Translations under genes and position numbers: made by a program
The notes under the pieces: model-generated
Told to the model about the DNA's origin: nothing
Databases searched by the model: none
What the model saw: only the letters and a program-made list of their open reading frames with translations
Shown: positions 37,152 to 46,764 of the stretch, in pieces
Layout of the letters: each line of letters opens with the position of its first letter
How positions within the stretch are numbered: the stretch's first letter is position 1
From: Cyanobacteria bacterium P01_G01_bin.19
GTDB lineage: Bacteria > Cyanobacteriota > Cyanobacteriia > Cyanobacteriales > Xenococcaceae
Reading direction: 5' to 3'
Assembly (NCBI GenBank): GCA_039181635.1
Contig: JBCDCO010000001.1
Location: forward strand, 1 to 57,887
Length of the DNA stretch: 57,887 bases

Positions 37152-38051
37152 CTAATTGCTTTGATTAGATAACATTTCTGATAACAAACCAGGAATTTCC
37201 CTGGGCTTTTTAGCAAGCTTCACCCCAGCTTTTTTTAGACTATTGATGATGCGCCGCTCTTGATTTGACGTCGGAATGGACGTTAATAAATGATTGCTGA
37301 TAATTGAGATAGCATCATTTAATACGGGCTTTTTGGGAGCTTTGAGCCCTGCAATATAAGACACCATGGGTTTGCTACCTCCCTGAGTTTTATAAAAACT
37401 AGCAATATCTTCAGTTTCTTTAATTCTTTGTCCGACAAACACAACCGCTTCAGTTTCGGGATCTTGCTCCAAAATAGATAGCCACTGAGATACACTAGAG
37501 CCAATAATGCGATCGTTCCCCAAGCTAATCGCTATGGAGTTTCCCATATCTGCCCGACTTAATTCCGTTGCAACCTCATAAGATAGGTATTTGCTCGTAC
37601 TAATCAAGCCTACTTTTCCAGACTGGTAAAAGCTTGGCTGTAGCCTACCTAAGCAAACTCGTTTGGGAATAATAATTCCATCACTGTTCGGTCCTAAAAT
37701 CAGAGTATTGTGAATTTGAGCATATCTAATTAATTCAATCGTATCGAGGGGCGGAACGTTGGCAGTAAAAATAATCGCTCTTTTGATACCTGTTGCAATT
37801 GCTTCTTTAACTGCATCCAATACCAAGTAAGGAGGAACGAAAACTAGGGTGGTATCTATAGTATCTGTCACCGTCAGAACTTGTTCGACCAGGTCGAAAA
37901 TAGGAATATCGCCAATGACTTTTCCTCCCTGACCTGGACTGACTCCTGCAACAATATCCGCACCATTAGCCTGCATTTGTTCTATATAAAAAGCAGCTGC
38001 TGATTCCGTAATTCCTTGAATAATTACCTTATTAGGAGAAGACCAATTCAT
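37152..38051 (-). CDS. sucD: Succinyl-CoA synthetase alpha-like protein (divergent)
   Basis: VIIQGIT, VAGVSPG.GG, VFVPP, ILGPNS.G; the phospho-His motif GHAGA is absent. Confidence 0.75.
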   Translation of the reverse strand: MNWSSPNKVIIQGITESAAAFYIEQMQANGADIVAGVSPGQGGKVIGDIPIFDLVEQVLTVTDTIDTTLVFVPPYLVLDAVKEAIATGIKRAIIFTANVPPLDTIELIRYAQIHNTLILGPNSDGIIIPKRVCLGRLQPSFYQSGKVGLISTSKYLSYEVATELSRADMGNSIAISLGNDRIIGSSVSQWLSILEQDPETEAVVFVGQRIKETEDIASFYKTQGGSKPMVSYIAGLKAPKKPVLNDAISIISNHLLTSIPTSNQERRIINSLKKAGVKLAKKPREIPGLLSEMLSNQSN

Positions 38052-38246
38052 AAAGCCAGAATAATTTACAGGTAAGAGTGGAAGTGAATAAACTGTGGGT
38101 GAAAAAATTGCTTTAAATCAAGCAGTCGGCAATGCTACATTAAAAATCAACTTGGTGTTGCATGTAATATGAAGATAAAAATGGATCTATCGATAGAAGT
38201 TAAAGTCGATTATCTGCCTATTTTTCGCAACATTTAACCTCTTGCT

Positions 38247-39482
38247 TTAACTAGACTTAACGACCTCAACTGCTTTGGAAATCGAGCTTTCCAAATTATC
38301 AAACAAATAAATTCCCTCTGCAGCCTGTAGGTCATGAACCAGATCGGACTTCAATAGGTGAATCATAAATTTGGGTCTTGAGTCAGCCACGGCTTTGACT
38401 GAAGTATTTTGAGATTGTTCGCTACCTGCAGATGCAGCCGCAGATTCGTAAGATTCTGGCGATGTCGAGAGATCGCGGTCCGAGTACGGCTGAAGATAGT
38501 CGTTAACCGCGCCCACAATCTCTTTACTCAAAGTTTCAGTCCCGCAAATATTGATAAGTATTGCTTTTAGCTTTTTAAATAACATTAATTCTGGCAAGAT
38601 TTGCTCTAACTGGCTTCGATAAAACTCGCAGCTTTTTTCTCGATCTACAAGATAGTCATCAATTACCACTCCACAGGCAGGATTGAGTTTATTTTGACTT
38701 AATAAGTCCCAGGTCACAGATGCTAAACCAGAACTATTACAGATGACAGCAATCTTACCTGAATTATTATGCCAATCTAACCAATGCCATCCATTTCGGT
38801 CGAGTCGGTCTGCCTGTTGATATTTAGAAAGATCCAAAGTTTCGATAATTGGCTGCCGAGCTAAAGCGCGATCGCTGATGGTGATTTTGCCATCTAATGC
38901 CATCAATTCTCCCCGAGTATTGACTCCCAAAGGATTGATTTCAATCAATTCTAGATCTTTTTGGCAAAACAAACGATACATCTTAGCGATAATATCGCTC
39001 ACAGAACAAATCAACTGCCCTGACAATCCCATGCTAGCAGCCAGACGACGAGCATGAAACAGAGAAAATTCTGTATCCACGACCACTTGCTGTACGTTTG
39101 CTAGCAAGGCATTAACATTCATTCCCCCATTTGCCGAGCCTAACAAAACAGGACATTGCAGCTCATAATCTAAAACAATAGCCAAGAAAAATTCTCTTTC
39201 CGCATTGTAGTGAGCCTCCGCTAAAATCACCTCAGGGTATTCCCCCAAGATTGAAAGATTAAAAATTGTTCGAGCAGCCGCGATCGCGTCTATCGTGTTA
39301 GCCACAAATCTCACTCCTCCTAGCTTTCCTCTACCTCCTGCTCTTACCTGAGATTTGAGAACTACTGGGTAGGGAATTTGCAGTTGCTTTATTTTCCTCG
39401 AATCCTTGATAGTTTGAGAGGGTAAAATAGGTATGCCTATAATTCTAAATAATTCTTTCGCTTGATACTCAAGTAGTTCCAT
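38247..39482 (-). CDS. sucC: Succinyl-CoA synthetase beta-like ATP-grasp protein (divergent C-terminus)
   Basis: LLEYQAKELF, KSQVRAGGRGKLGGV, IEINPL, ALDGK. Confidence 0.8.
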   Translation of the reverse strand: MELLEYQAKELFRIIGIPILPSQTIKDSRKIKQLQIPYPVVLKSQVRAGGRGKLGGVRFVANTIDAIAAARTIFNLSILGEYPEVILAEAHYNAEREFFLAIVLDYELQCPVLLGSANGGMNVNALLANVQQVVVDTEFSLFHARRLAASMGLSGQLICSVSDIIAKMYRLFCQKDLELIEINPLGVNTRGELMALDGKITISDRALARQPIIETLDLSKYQQADRLDRNGWHWLDWHNNSGKIAVICNSSGLASVTWDLLSQNKLNPACGVVIDDYLVDREKSCEFYRSQLEQILPELMLFKKLKAILINICGTETLSKEIVGAVNDYLQPYSDRDLSTSPESYESAAASAGSEQSQNTSVKAVADSRPKFMIHLLKSDLVHDLQAAEGIYLFDNLESSISKAVEVVKSS

Positions 39483-39997
39483 GCTTTAGTATTATGAGTT
39501 TATTACTATATATAGTTCTTTAGTGATACTTATCTTGAAACTTCGATCTTTTGTCTGTCTGTTGCTGTCTATCGCTTAATTCTTTAGATTAAAGATAGCC
39601 GAGTAATCATTATTCGATTAATTTGTTATCTTATGTTTACATTATTAAGTTATTCGGTTATTTCTGGATTGAAATTGAAAATTCAGCCAGGAAGCAACTA
39701 TCATTATTACTGCTTAAAACCAGAATAATCTTGTCAAGAGATAATCACGAAAAAGTCAAAAGTATTACTACCCAGATGGTATCTAATGCCCATTGCTCGC
39801 GTATCTCTTAATGTCAGCTTTTTTGCTTGCGTTTGCTACAACCATCAAACTTTTAACTACGTAAAGATCTAACGACTCAACTATGCCCTACAACTACCAT
39901 GAACTATTTTTTCACAGTGTGAAAGTAGCTATGTTAGCAATTAGCGATCAATTAAGCGTTTAATGTCTGGAGAAATAAGGTTCGACTCACAACAGCT

Positions 39998-40744
39998 ATG
40001 ACAAAATCTCATGATTATGGAAGAGGAATGGAAAAAGTTGTAATTATTATCAACGCAGAAGTTAGCGATCAAGGAAAATTACTTTCAGCATCACCAGTGA
40101 CTCAAAAAATGGTCGAGGCACTCCAACAAAGTATCGCTGCATCCTCAATAGAGTCACAGGACGTAGAAATTGTCTCTGCTGCTACTCTCTGGTCTAAGCA
40201 TTCGAGAAGCATCAAAAAGCAAAGAGATGAAACAACTATTTACTGTCCTCTTACTATCCAAATACCAGACTATTTAGACTTTCCCCAAAAGAAAATTTAT
40301 TCTGCTTGCAAAGATGTCAACTCTAGAAGAAGGTGGGTAGAAAGAAACTTGGAATTGAAAACTAGTGTTGGAGATTCTTGGCTCGGTCATTTGTGGCTGC
40401 CCATCGTGCTAGCAGACAGAGTCATCTATGGCGAAATTATTGGGGAAGGATCGATGCCCAATTCTTACGAACAGCCAATTGCTATTCCCAATCGTCAGCG
40501 TAAATCACTCCACGATTTAGCAGATAAGCTTTTAGATTCTTTAAACGCGACTCCAGCAACCTATTTACTACAGTTCAGTCTGTATAAAGGTGAGATTGTC
40601 TTTGATCGCCTGTGGCCGTTTCCTGCCGCACCAGCTTTGATTACGCTTAAAACTCAAAAGCCCGATTTATTTACCTGTCATTGGCGTTGTTTGACCAAGC
40701 AACCGATTCCTGACCTCAATATTTCCGATCCCATGGCTATTTAG
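39998..40744 (+). CDS. Conserved hypothetical protein (possible degenerate ATP-grasp C-domain)
   Basis: Long ORF with protein-like motifs CPLT, WLPIVL, FDRLWPFPAAPA, PDLF.CHW; alternative start 40028. Confidence 0.7.
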   Translation: MTKSHDYGRGMEKVVIIINAEVSDQGKLLSASPVTQKMVEALQQSIAASSIESQDVEIVSAATLWSKHSRSIKKQRDETTIYCPLTIQIPDYLDFPQKKIYSACKDVNSRRRWVERNLELKTSVGDSWLGHLWLPIVLADRVIYGEIIGEGSMPNSYEQPIAIPNRQRKSLHDLADKLLDSLNATPATYLLQFSLYKGEIVFDRLWPFPAAPALITLKTQKPDLFTCHWRCLTKQPIPDLNISDPMAI

Positions 40745-40948
40745 AATACTTTGGTACTTTGGTACGAGTCGAGCAAATCCTTTACTCATAGCCGTTCTTA
40801 GGTGCATTGGTTGCTGATGGTGGAGCAATCTATAGTTCTGCCATCTGCGCTCTTTTTTGCAGCAAAACAATTTACGGTGAACGTAAAAAGGCGTTGGTGA
40901 ATCAGGGTATGATTTCTTGATTTTGTGATATTTCATGAAATTTAAAAA

Positions 40949-40985
40949 GCTTAAAGCTTAGGGCTTAGAGCTTAAAGCTACGAGC
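40949..40985. repeat. Heptamer tandem repeat GCTTARR x5
   Basis: gcttaaa gcttagg gcttaga gcttaaa gctacga. Confidence 0.75.
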
Positions 40986-41037
40986 AGAAACATTTTGTAC
41001 GTCATACTTAAAATCACCAACGCCCGTAAAAATTTAT

Positions 41038-41208
41038 TTACTCTTCGCCAATACACCAGGCTATAAACAGCAAACCTAGTACTCCTAATCCCCACCAACC
41101 AAAAGAAGTTATGCGGGTAAAAAGATCTACTGGAGCAAAAATTAAGGTTAAGTTGATCAGCCAGTTGCCGAATAACAATGAACCCAAAATAACTATCAAT
41201 AAAATCAT
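41038..41208 (-). CDS. 56-aa two-TM membrane protein (not in ORF track)
   Basis: Hand translation MILLIVILGSLLFGNWLINLTLIFAPVDLFTRITSFGWWGLGVLGLLFIAWCIGEE*; ATG 10 nt after the CHAT-CHASE2 stop. Confidence 0.7.
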   Translation of the reverse strand: MILLIVILGSLLFGNWLINLTLIFAPVDLFTRITSFGWWGLGVLGLLFIAWCIGEE

Positions 41209-41218
41209 CAGAGAAAGT

Positions 41219-43507
41219 TTATTTACCGTAGACAGAGACTATTGCTGCCGATAAAAGTAACCCAGCACAAGGCGCGATCGCAATTATCCAGCCGCCACTG
41301 AGGAATAAAAGCCAACTACAGCCTAAAATTATTCCCCAAGAAATAGCTACATTTCCAGCTATTCTCAGGAAAGAATGTTTATTTAACACAACTATCAGGC
41401 TGCCAATTCCACACCAAAAAAAGATCCATAAAATTTCTATTCGATTACACAGCCACCAGAGCGGTTTTTGTTCGCCCTTGACTGCGCTAATAATATAGCT
41501 AGTCATTTGAGCATGAATGATAACTCCCGACAGTCTTTGTTCTTGTTTACCTCTACTGTAGGGAGTGTGGTGCAAATCTTGGTTGTATCCCACCACGCCA
41601 ATCAAAACAATTTTATCTCTTGCTAACTGTTCGAGGGAGCGATCGCTTTGAGTTAAAGCTTCCTGTAAGGTAATGGTCTGGGGTAAAGCGCGACGATAGT
41701 TTAGCAGGGTCTGATAACCTTGAGCTTCGGGTAAACTATAGCCGCCACTGCTGGCTTTTAGTCTGGGAAATTTTGTTGACCCAATTTGTAAAATTCCGCC
41801 TTCATATTTGGCAGGAACATCATTTAAATACTCGATCGCCAGACGCAGACTCAAAGACACACTGCTTTGACATACATTATCGGGAGACATGCCCAAAATC
41901 TGGCGGCGAATTGCTCCGTCGTCGTCTACTGCCCAATTACTAAAACCAATTTGCTCTGGGGCTAAAGAAGGAGGAGGACTAATACTGACTAAGTTTTGCT
42001 GATCGATTTTGACTCGACAGATAGCAAAAAAATTATCTGCCTCAGCAACATTCTCTTTGAGTTCGGGCTCGAAGGGAAAATCGTGAATTATATCTGAGGC
42101 AATTGCTTTGACTCCAGCTTTTTGTAGTCTCTCCAGTAATTGATTCAAAGCGCGATCTGATAGAGAGCCGCGCATATTTAAAGCCATTCCTTGCTGTTCT
42201 TGATATTTAATATCGCGGTCATCAATGGTAACGACAACGACTCTTTCATCTCTTGGTAGAGTGGGGCGATAGGCAATTAGGCGATCGTAGATTTTCAACT
42301 CTCCAGCTTCCAACCATCCCCAAGATTGAATCAGACAAACCAGAACCAAGGCGATCGAACTGCTTAAGATGCCCAACACTAAAGATTGTCGATGATTATT
42401 TAAGTTAAGGAGAGGTAATAATGGTTGTTTTCCCGATAAATCTGCCCAGCTAGGGGGAATTACCGCAGGGTTTTGATAGATTATGGGCAACCAGCTAGCA
42501 CAAGGATATTGTTTTTCTCTCGCCTGTAGCTGCTGTCGCGCCATTTTGGTCGACAGATATAAAGAACTACCTTTGGCATAAGCTTGCAGAAAATGTTTAA
42601 GAAACTCCTGTGCGATCGCGTCGGGAATTGGCATTCGCATGACAATTGACTGAGGCAGAGATAATTTACCCAGTTCTTCTGCTATACCCAATCCATCACA
42701 TGAATTAAATATTGCTAGTTGAAGCCCATTATCGATCGCCTTGGCAAAACCATATTTTAATTGTTCGATAGTTAGGGTATCTTCCTGATTGAGAGACAAT
42801 AGCCCTTGTCTGGCAACAGTTTGGCTGTGACCAGCAAAAAAGACCACATCCCATTCTCGTTCCCACAAATGGGCGTATAGTTCTTCACGGGTAGGTTCTT
42901 CTAGAAAGGTTACATCTCCTCTTTTTAAAGACTTGAGAAAATCGCGGTCTGCCTTTAAATCTAAACCTTGACTGTCTCCCAAGATAGCTAAAATTTTTAC
43001 CTTATTAGCTCGACGTGACTTGGGTTTAGCGATCGCTCGCTTAAAATCAAAGCTACTAATGGCAACTTCCAAATTGGGATAGTTTTCCACCAAATCCCAG
43101 CAGCACCAAGGAAGCTGATAAATCTGAGGCAAGTCGCTGCAAATCAAAATTCTAATTGCCTCGGCTCGATTTAACTCTTCTCTTAGATGTTTGTCAACAA
43201 GATAAAAGCTGGGGGAATTGAGCCATTGACTAAAAATATCCTGTAAGTTCTGCGTCAAAGCTGCAAGCTGCTTGTATGCATTGATCGCGCCATCATAAAT
43301 AATTTGCTGTGGCTTTATTCGCTTGCTATTTCCCAAACTTTTATGCTGTTTCTGCCATAGGGTTAAAACATTACCCAATTCTGGATTGGGAGGCAAACTT
43401 CCAGCAAAGCCTCGATCGGCAGACTGTCCTTCCAGAGCAATTTCCCAACTAATTTGAAAACCCGATTCAAAATTACCATTGAATTTAAGAATGACTAATT
43501 TTTCCAT
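41219..43507 (-). CDS. CHAT (caspase-like) protease - TM - CHASE2 sensor - 3 TM protein
   Basis: QLPW..WD, FFAGHS (His), IFNSCDG (Cys); ELKIYDRL, VVVVTIDDRDI, GFSN...DDDG.IRR, KIVLIG, SGVIIHAQM. Confidence 0.9.
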   Translation of the reverse strand: MEKLVILKFNGNFESGFQISWEIALEGQSADRGFAGSLPPNPELGNVLTLWQKQHKSLGNSKRIKPQQIIYDGAINAYKQLAALTQNLQDIFSQWLNSPSFYLVDKHLREELNRAEAIRILICSDLPQIYQLPWCCWDLVENYPNLEVAISSFDFKRAIAKPKSRRANKVKILAILGDSQGLDLKADRDFLKSLKRGDVTFLEEPTREELYAHLWEREWDVVFFAGHSQTVARQGLLSLNQEDTLTIEQLKYGFAKAIDNGLQLAIFNSCDGLGIAEELGKLSLPQSIVMRMPIPDAIAQEFLKHFLQAYAKGSSLYLSTKMARQQLQAREKQYPCASWLPIIYQNPAVIPPSWADLSGKQPLLPLLNLNNHRQSLVLGILSSSIALVLVCLIQSWGWLEAGELKIYDRLIAYRPTLPRDERVVVVTIDDRDIKYQEQQGMALNMRGSLSDRALNQLLERLQKAGVKAIASDIIHDFPFEPELKENVAEADNFFAICRVKIDQQNLVSISPPPSLAPEQIGFSNWAVDDDGAIRRQILGMSPDNVCQSSVSLSLRLAIEYLNDVPAKYEGGILQIGSTKFPRLKASSGGYSLPEAQGYQTLLNYRRALPQTITLQEALTQSDRSLEQLARDKIVLIGVVGYNQDLHHTPYSRGKQEQRLSGVIIHAQMTSYIISAVKGEQKPLWWLCNRIEILWIFFWCGIGSLIVVLNKHSFLRIAGNVAISWGIILGCSWLLFLSGGWIIAIAPCAGLLLSAAIVSVYGK

Positions 43508-43535
43508 TAGGCTACAAATTAAAAACTTATCTCGC

Positions 43536-44480
43536 TCAAATAATAAAGCTTTCTACTATTATCTCCTCGTCTAAAGCCAGCTCAACACTAAATTTTTCTT
43601 CTAGCTTGCCACCAAAACAAAACTCGATTGTTTCTGTTTGATTGGCTTGAGCGATCATAACAGGAAAACTATTACAGTCAATCACAATCATTTCCAATCC
43701 ATTTGGCAGCAACTCCGATAATTGACTGTTACACACAGTCAAAGATATATCGTATTCCTGTTCTTCCACGGGACGGATATTTAAAATTAGAGCGATCGCC
43801 AAATTATCTGCTGTTTTGAGCCGAATAATCTTAACTCTTTGGGCTTCTTGTGAAAGCCGATCTGTAACGCCTTCGTTCGTTTTGAGCATACTTCTCAGAT
43901 TCATGGCTTTACTAGGCTCGAATAAACGGTCTAATTGTTTCCATTGACAGTTAGGATCGTCAGAAAACCATGTGTTTAGAGTTGCTGGCTGAATTGTTTC
44001 TGTTCTTTTTTGCTGGCTTAAATATACGGGAAAATCAGCTATTGCTTCCAAGTGGCTCAAAGGCATATTTTCTCGTGTTACCCGACGTAAAAAACCGATA
44101 ATATTACAGCTTTCTAGTGAAGCATCAAATTCAACGATCAAGTAACCAATTCTTTCTGACCAGACCTCGGGAGGAATATTTACTGTTTCATTCCCTTTGA
44201 GAACAAACCGACATTCTACTTTTCCATAGCTAGGAATGACTAGATCTGCGACATTCATCATCGTTTGTAGAGCAGGATTCCAGCTGTCACTTTCTTCCAA
44301 ACTAGTAGACCAGCCAATGGAATTGAGATACAAACTAGCAGACAAGACGGTTAAAGTATTTACATATACCTGCTTCGCTTTTTCTTTTTGGCACTGATAT
44401 CGACTAAAATTTTCTGCTTTTACATGATATTTGAGGGGAACAATAGTTTGGAACACTTCAGCATTACGGTCAGCGATCAT
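43536..44480 (-). CDS. DUF1822 family protein
   Basis: KAKQVYVNTL.V, SDSWNP, ADLVIP..GKVECR, IPPEVWSERIGYL.V, LP.GLE; C-terminal beta-rich domain. Confidence 0.85.
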   Translation of the reverse strand: MIADRNAEVFQTIVPLKYHVKAENFSRYQCQKEKAKQVYVNTLTVLSASLYLNSIGWSTSLEESDSWNPALQTMMNVADLVIPSYGKVECRFVLKGNETVNIPPEVWSERIGYLIVEFDASLESCNIIGFLRRVTRENMPLSHLEAIADFPVYLSQQKRTETIQPATLNTWFSDDPNCQWKQLDRLFEPSKAMNLRSMLKTNEGVTDRLSQEAQRVKIIRLKTADNLAIALILNIRPVEEQEYDISLTVCNSQLSELLPNGLEMIVIDCNSFPVMIAQANQTETIEFCFGGKLEEKFSVELALDEEIIVESFII

Positions 44481-44516
44481 AATTTTAACCCTTACTAAGT
44501 ATCTTGAAAGATTTGT

Positions 44517-45485
44517 TTAAAGATGTTTCATTAATTCCGTTTTTAATAGAGGTGCAAAGCGACGACACCAACGGTTGTAAAAACTACTTAAGGTAGGAAT
44601 AGGTATATTCAATTGATTCGATATCTGTTCCCAACTTAAACCAGAAAATTTTGCCAAAGCAATATTGCTAAAATTAGCATCGGGTCTATTTCTTATATGA
44701 GCAGCATTAAAAACTTTACTAGGATCTTGTATAAGATATTCTCTAAGAATTTGAGTTAGTTCAGGACTGCTTGATGGCTGTCTTATTTGTTCTAATCCTG
44801 AGAACGAATATACTTCATGATTTGCATATTTTTGATGGTTGGCATAGCATTTGAGAATTAGTTTATCTAACTTGAAATTCACCCAGTTCATGAATTTACC
44901 GTTGCCCCTATCTGCATCGTATAGATCGATATTTAAGCAGATATAGGCAAAAGTCTCGCTTACAGCCTCTTCGTAGAGAGCAGAGTAAAGATTGGTAGAA
45001 AATTTACTAATATGAGGGCGGCATAATCTTCCCGATAATTTTATTGCTCTAATAAGTTCGGTTAAAGCATATGTCCTTAAATCGCTATTAACTGAATATT
45101 TTTGAGCAGTCAATCCCATTTTTTTTAATCTTTCATCATTCAACAAATTCTTAAATATCTGCTGTTGTAGTTGATATAAATATCTGGGATTTACCTGCTT
45201 ACAAGTAGCATATTTCCATAATTTTTCTGAGATGAGATCAGAAAATAATAATTGATTTAAGCTGTGGCATAAATCTGTCTGAGCCGAATTGTATATTTCT
45301 TGATAAACTCCTTTTAAGGGCGTACCATTAAACCGACGGCATAAAGGTCGCGATCGCAAAACAATAGCTACAATCTGATTGATAATAATATTTTGCTGTT
45401 GGCGATTCTTGGTGGCAAGAACTTCATCGATCAGTTTTTCTAAAAGCTGATATCTTGATCGTTCTAACTCATTGGTGATAGTCAT
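44517..45485 (-). CDS. Sigma-70 (ECF-like) sigma factor-related protein
   Basis: Region-2-like YEEAVSETF..I..NIDLYD..RG..KFMNWVN; region-4 HTH GLSWEQISNQLNIPIPTLSSFYNR; ATG 45485 (track TTG 45512). Confidence 0.72.
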   Translation of the reverse strand: MTITNELERSRYQLLEKLIDEVLATKNRQQQNIIINQIVAIVLRSRPLCRRFNGTPLKGVYQEIYNSAQTDLCHSLNQLLFSDLISEKLWKYATCKQVNPRYLYQLQQQIFKNLLNDERLKKMGLTAQKYSVNSDLRTYALTELIRAIKLSGRLCRPHISKFSTNLYSALYEEAVSETFAYICLNIDLYDADRGNGKFMNWVNFKLDKLILKCYANHQKYANHEVYSFSGLEQIRQPSSSPELTQILREYLIQDPSKVFNAAHIRNRPDANFSNIALAKFSGLSWEQISNQLNIPIPTLSSFYNRWCRRFAPLLKTELMKHL

Positions 45486-45613
45486 TGATAACGGTTTATT
45501 CCAACCTCTCAACTAATCAAATGCTTCTATTAGTAACTTTCGGTTTTGAGTCTGTTAATATGGCTTTTGTAACAAAAATTAATATTGGTATATTCCAGAA
45601 ATTTTAGTTCTAA

Positions 45614-46330
45614 ATGACCGCTAAATTACCCTCATTTAAAAATCCCGCACTATTAAATCTCGCACTGACTCATAGTTCCTATGCCAACGAACATTCATTT
45701 GTCGAAGCAGATAACGAACGTTTAGAGTTTTTGGGAGATTCTGTATTGGGATTTGTCATCGCTCAGATGCTATACGCCAAATATCCTGATATTAACGAGG
45801 CGCAACTAACTCATTTACGATCGCGCTTAGTTGATGAAAAACAATTGGGAACAATAGGCAAACAGTTAGGCTTGGGAGCCTTGATGCTTCTGGGTAAAGG
45901 TACCGCCAAGGATGGGGGAAGAGAAAATCCATCGCTGCTCAACGATACATTTGAAGCTGTCCTGGGGGCATACTTTTTAGATGCGGGGATCGAGCCTGTC
46001 AGAGAATATATACTCGATTTATTTCAACCTTTAGCCGAAAAATTAATTCACGACTGCTCGGAAATTAAATCTTTTGGACTTTCACAGTCTGCCATAAAAA
46101 TCCAAGCGACATTTATTGATAGTAAAAACCGCTTTCAACAATGGGCATTAGCTCATCATCAAGCAAAACCAGAATATAAAATTATCTCTGAATCAGGACC
46201 AGACCATGCCAAGAAATTCACGGCTCAAGTTTCTGTTTTGGGCACAGTATATGGAGTTGGCACAGATCGTCGCAAACAAGAAGCTGAAAAAAGAGCGGCA
46301 GAAGCAGCGATAGATCGAGTTGAGGCATAG
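45614..46330 (+). CDS. rnc: Ribonuclease III
   Basis: ALTHSSY, NERLEFLGDSVLG, DTFEAVLGA, dsRBD GPDHAKKF..KQEAEKRAA. Confidence 0.95.
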   Translation: MTAKLPSFKNPALLNLALTHSSYANEHSFVEADNERLEFLGDSVLGFVIAQMLYAKYPDINEAQLTHLRSRLVDEKQLGTIGKQLGLGALMLLGKGTAKDGGRENPSLLNDTFEAVLGAYFLDAGIEPVREYILDLFQPLAEKLIHDCSEIKSFGLSQSAIKIQATFIDSKNRFQQWALAHHQAKPEYKIISESGPDHAKKFTAQVSVLGTVYGVGTDRRKQEAEKRAAEAAIDRVEA

Positions 46331-46764
46331 AAGATAGAAGATAATGAAACCGTTAAACTACTGCAGAACCATGCGCCATATTTATTAAAAAACATGGCTA
46401 TGATGAAGATAACATGGTACGATTTCATACATTACAGGAGAAAATTCGGACTATCCTGTATGGGTACCATCTTTTGGTACATTACAGTTCGTGGGACTCC
46501 AAAGGTGTTAGCAATGATATGTTGCTCAACGCCTTTTTCTTTTTGTATCTAAGACATTGTTATTTATTATCTTGTTTGCATAGTACTAATAGTAATCATA
46601 AATATCATCAGTAATTTAACTGAATTATTTTTAGTAACTCAGCTATTTTGCTTAAAAGTTACATCAATGCACCAATAATAATCTAGATGAAAACTTAATA
46701 GAGCATTATGTAAGCTCATATTTATAATGATTACTGTTTATTCGATTATTAAATTCCTCAGTCT

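Noticed and set aside
37001-37168. Open frame LTRSK..YEELLVKGDEYD..
   Set aside because: No start codon and no family recognised; possibly debris
40667-40936. 89-aa minus-strand ORF as a fifth gene of the sigma/CHAT operon
   Set aside because: Overlaps the convergent gene, has no motif and is separated by a heptamer repeat
46331-46553. Frame stays open about 70 codons past the rnc TAG (readthrough?)
   Set aside because: RNase III is complete at the stop and the extension has no recognisable features
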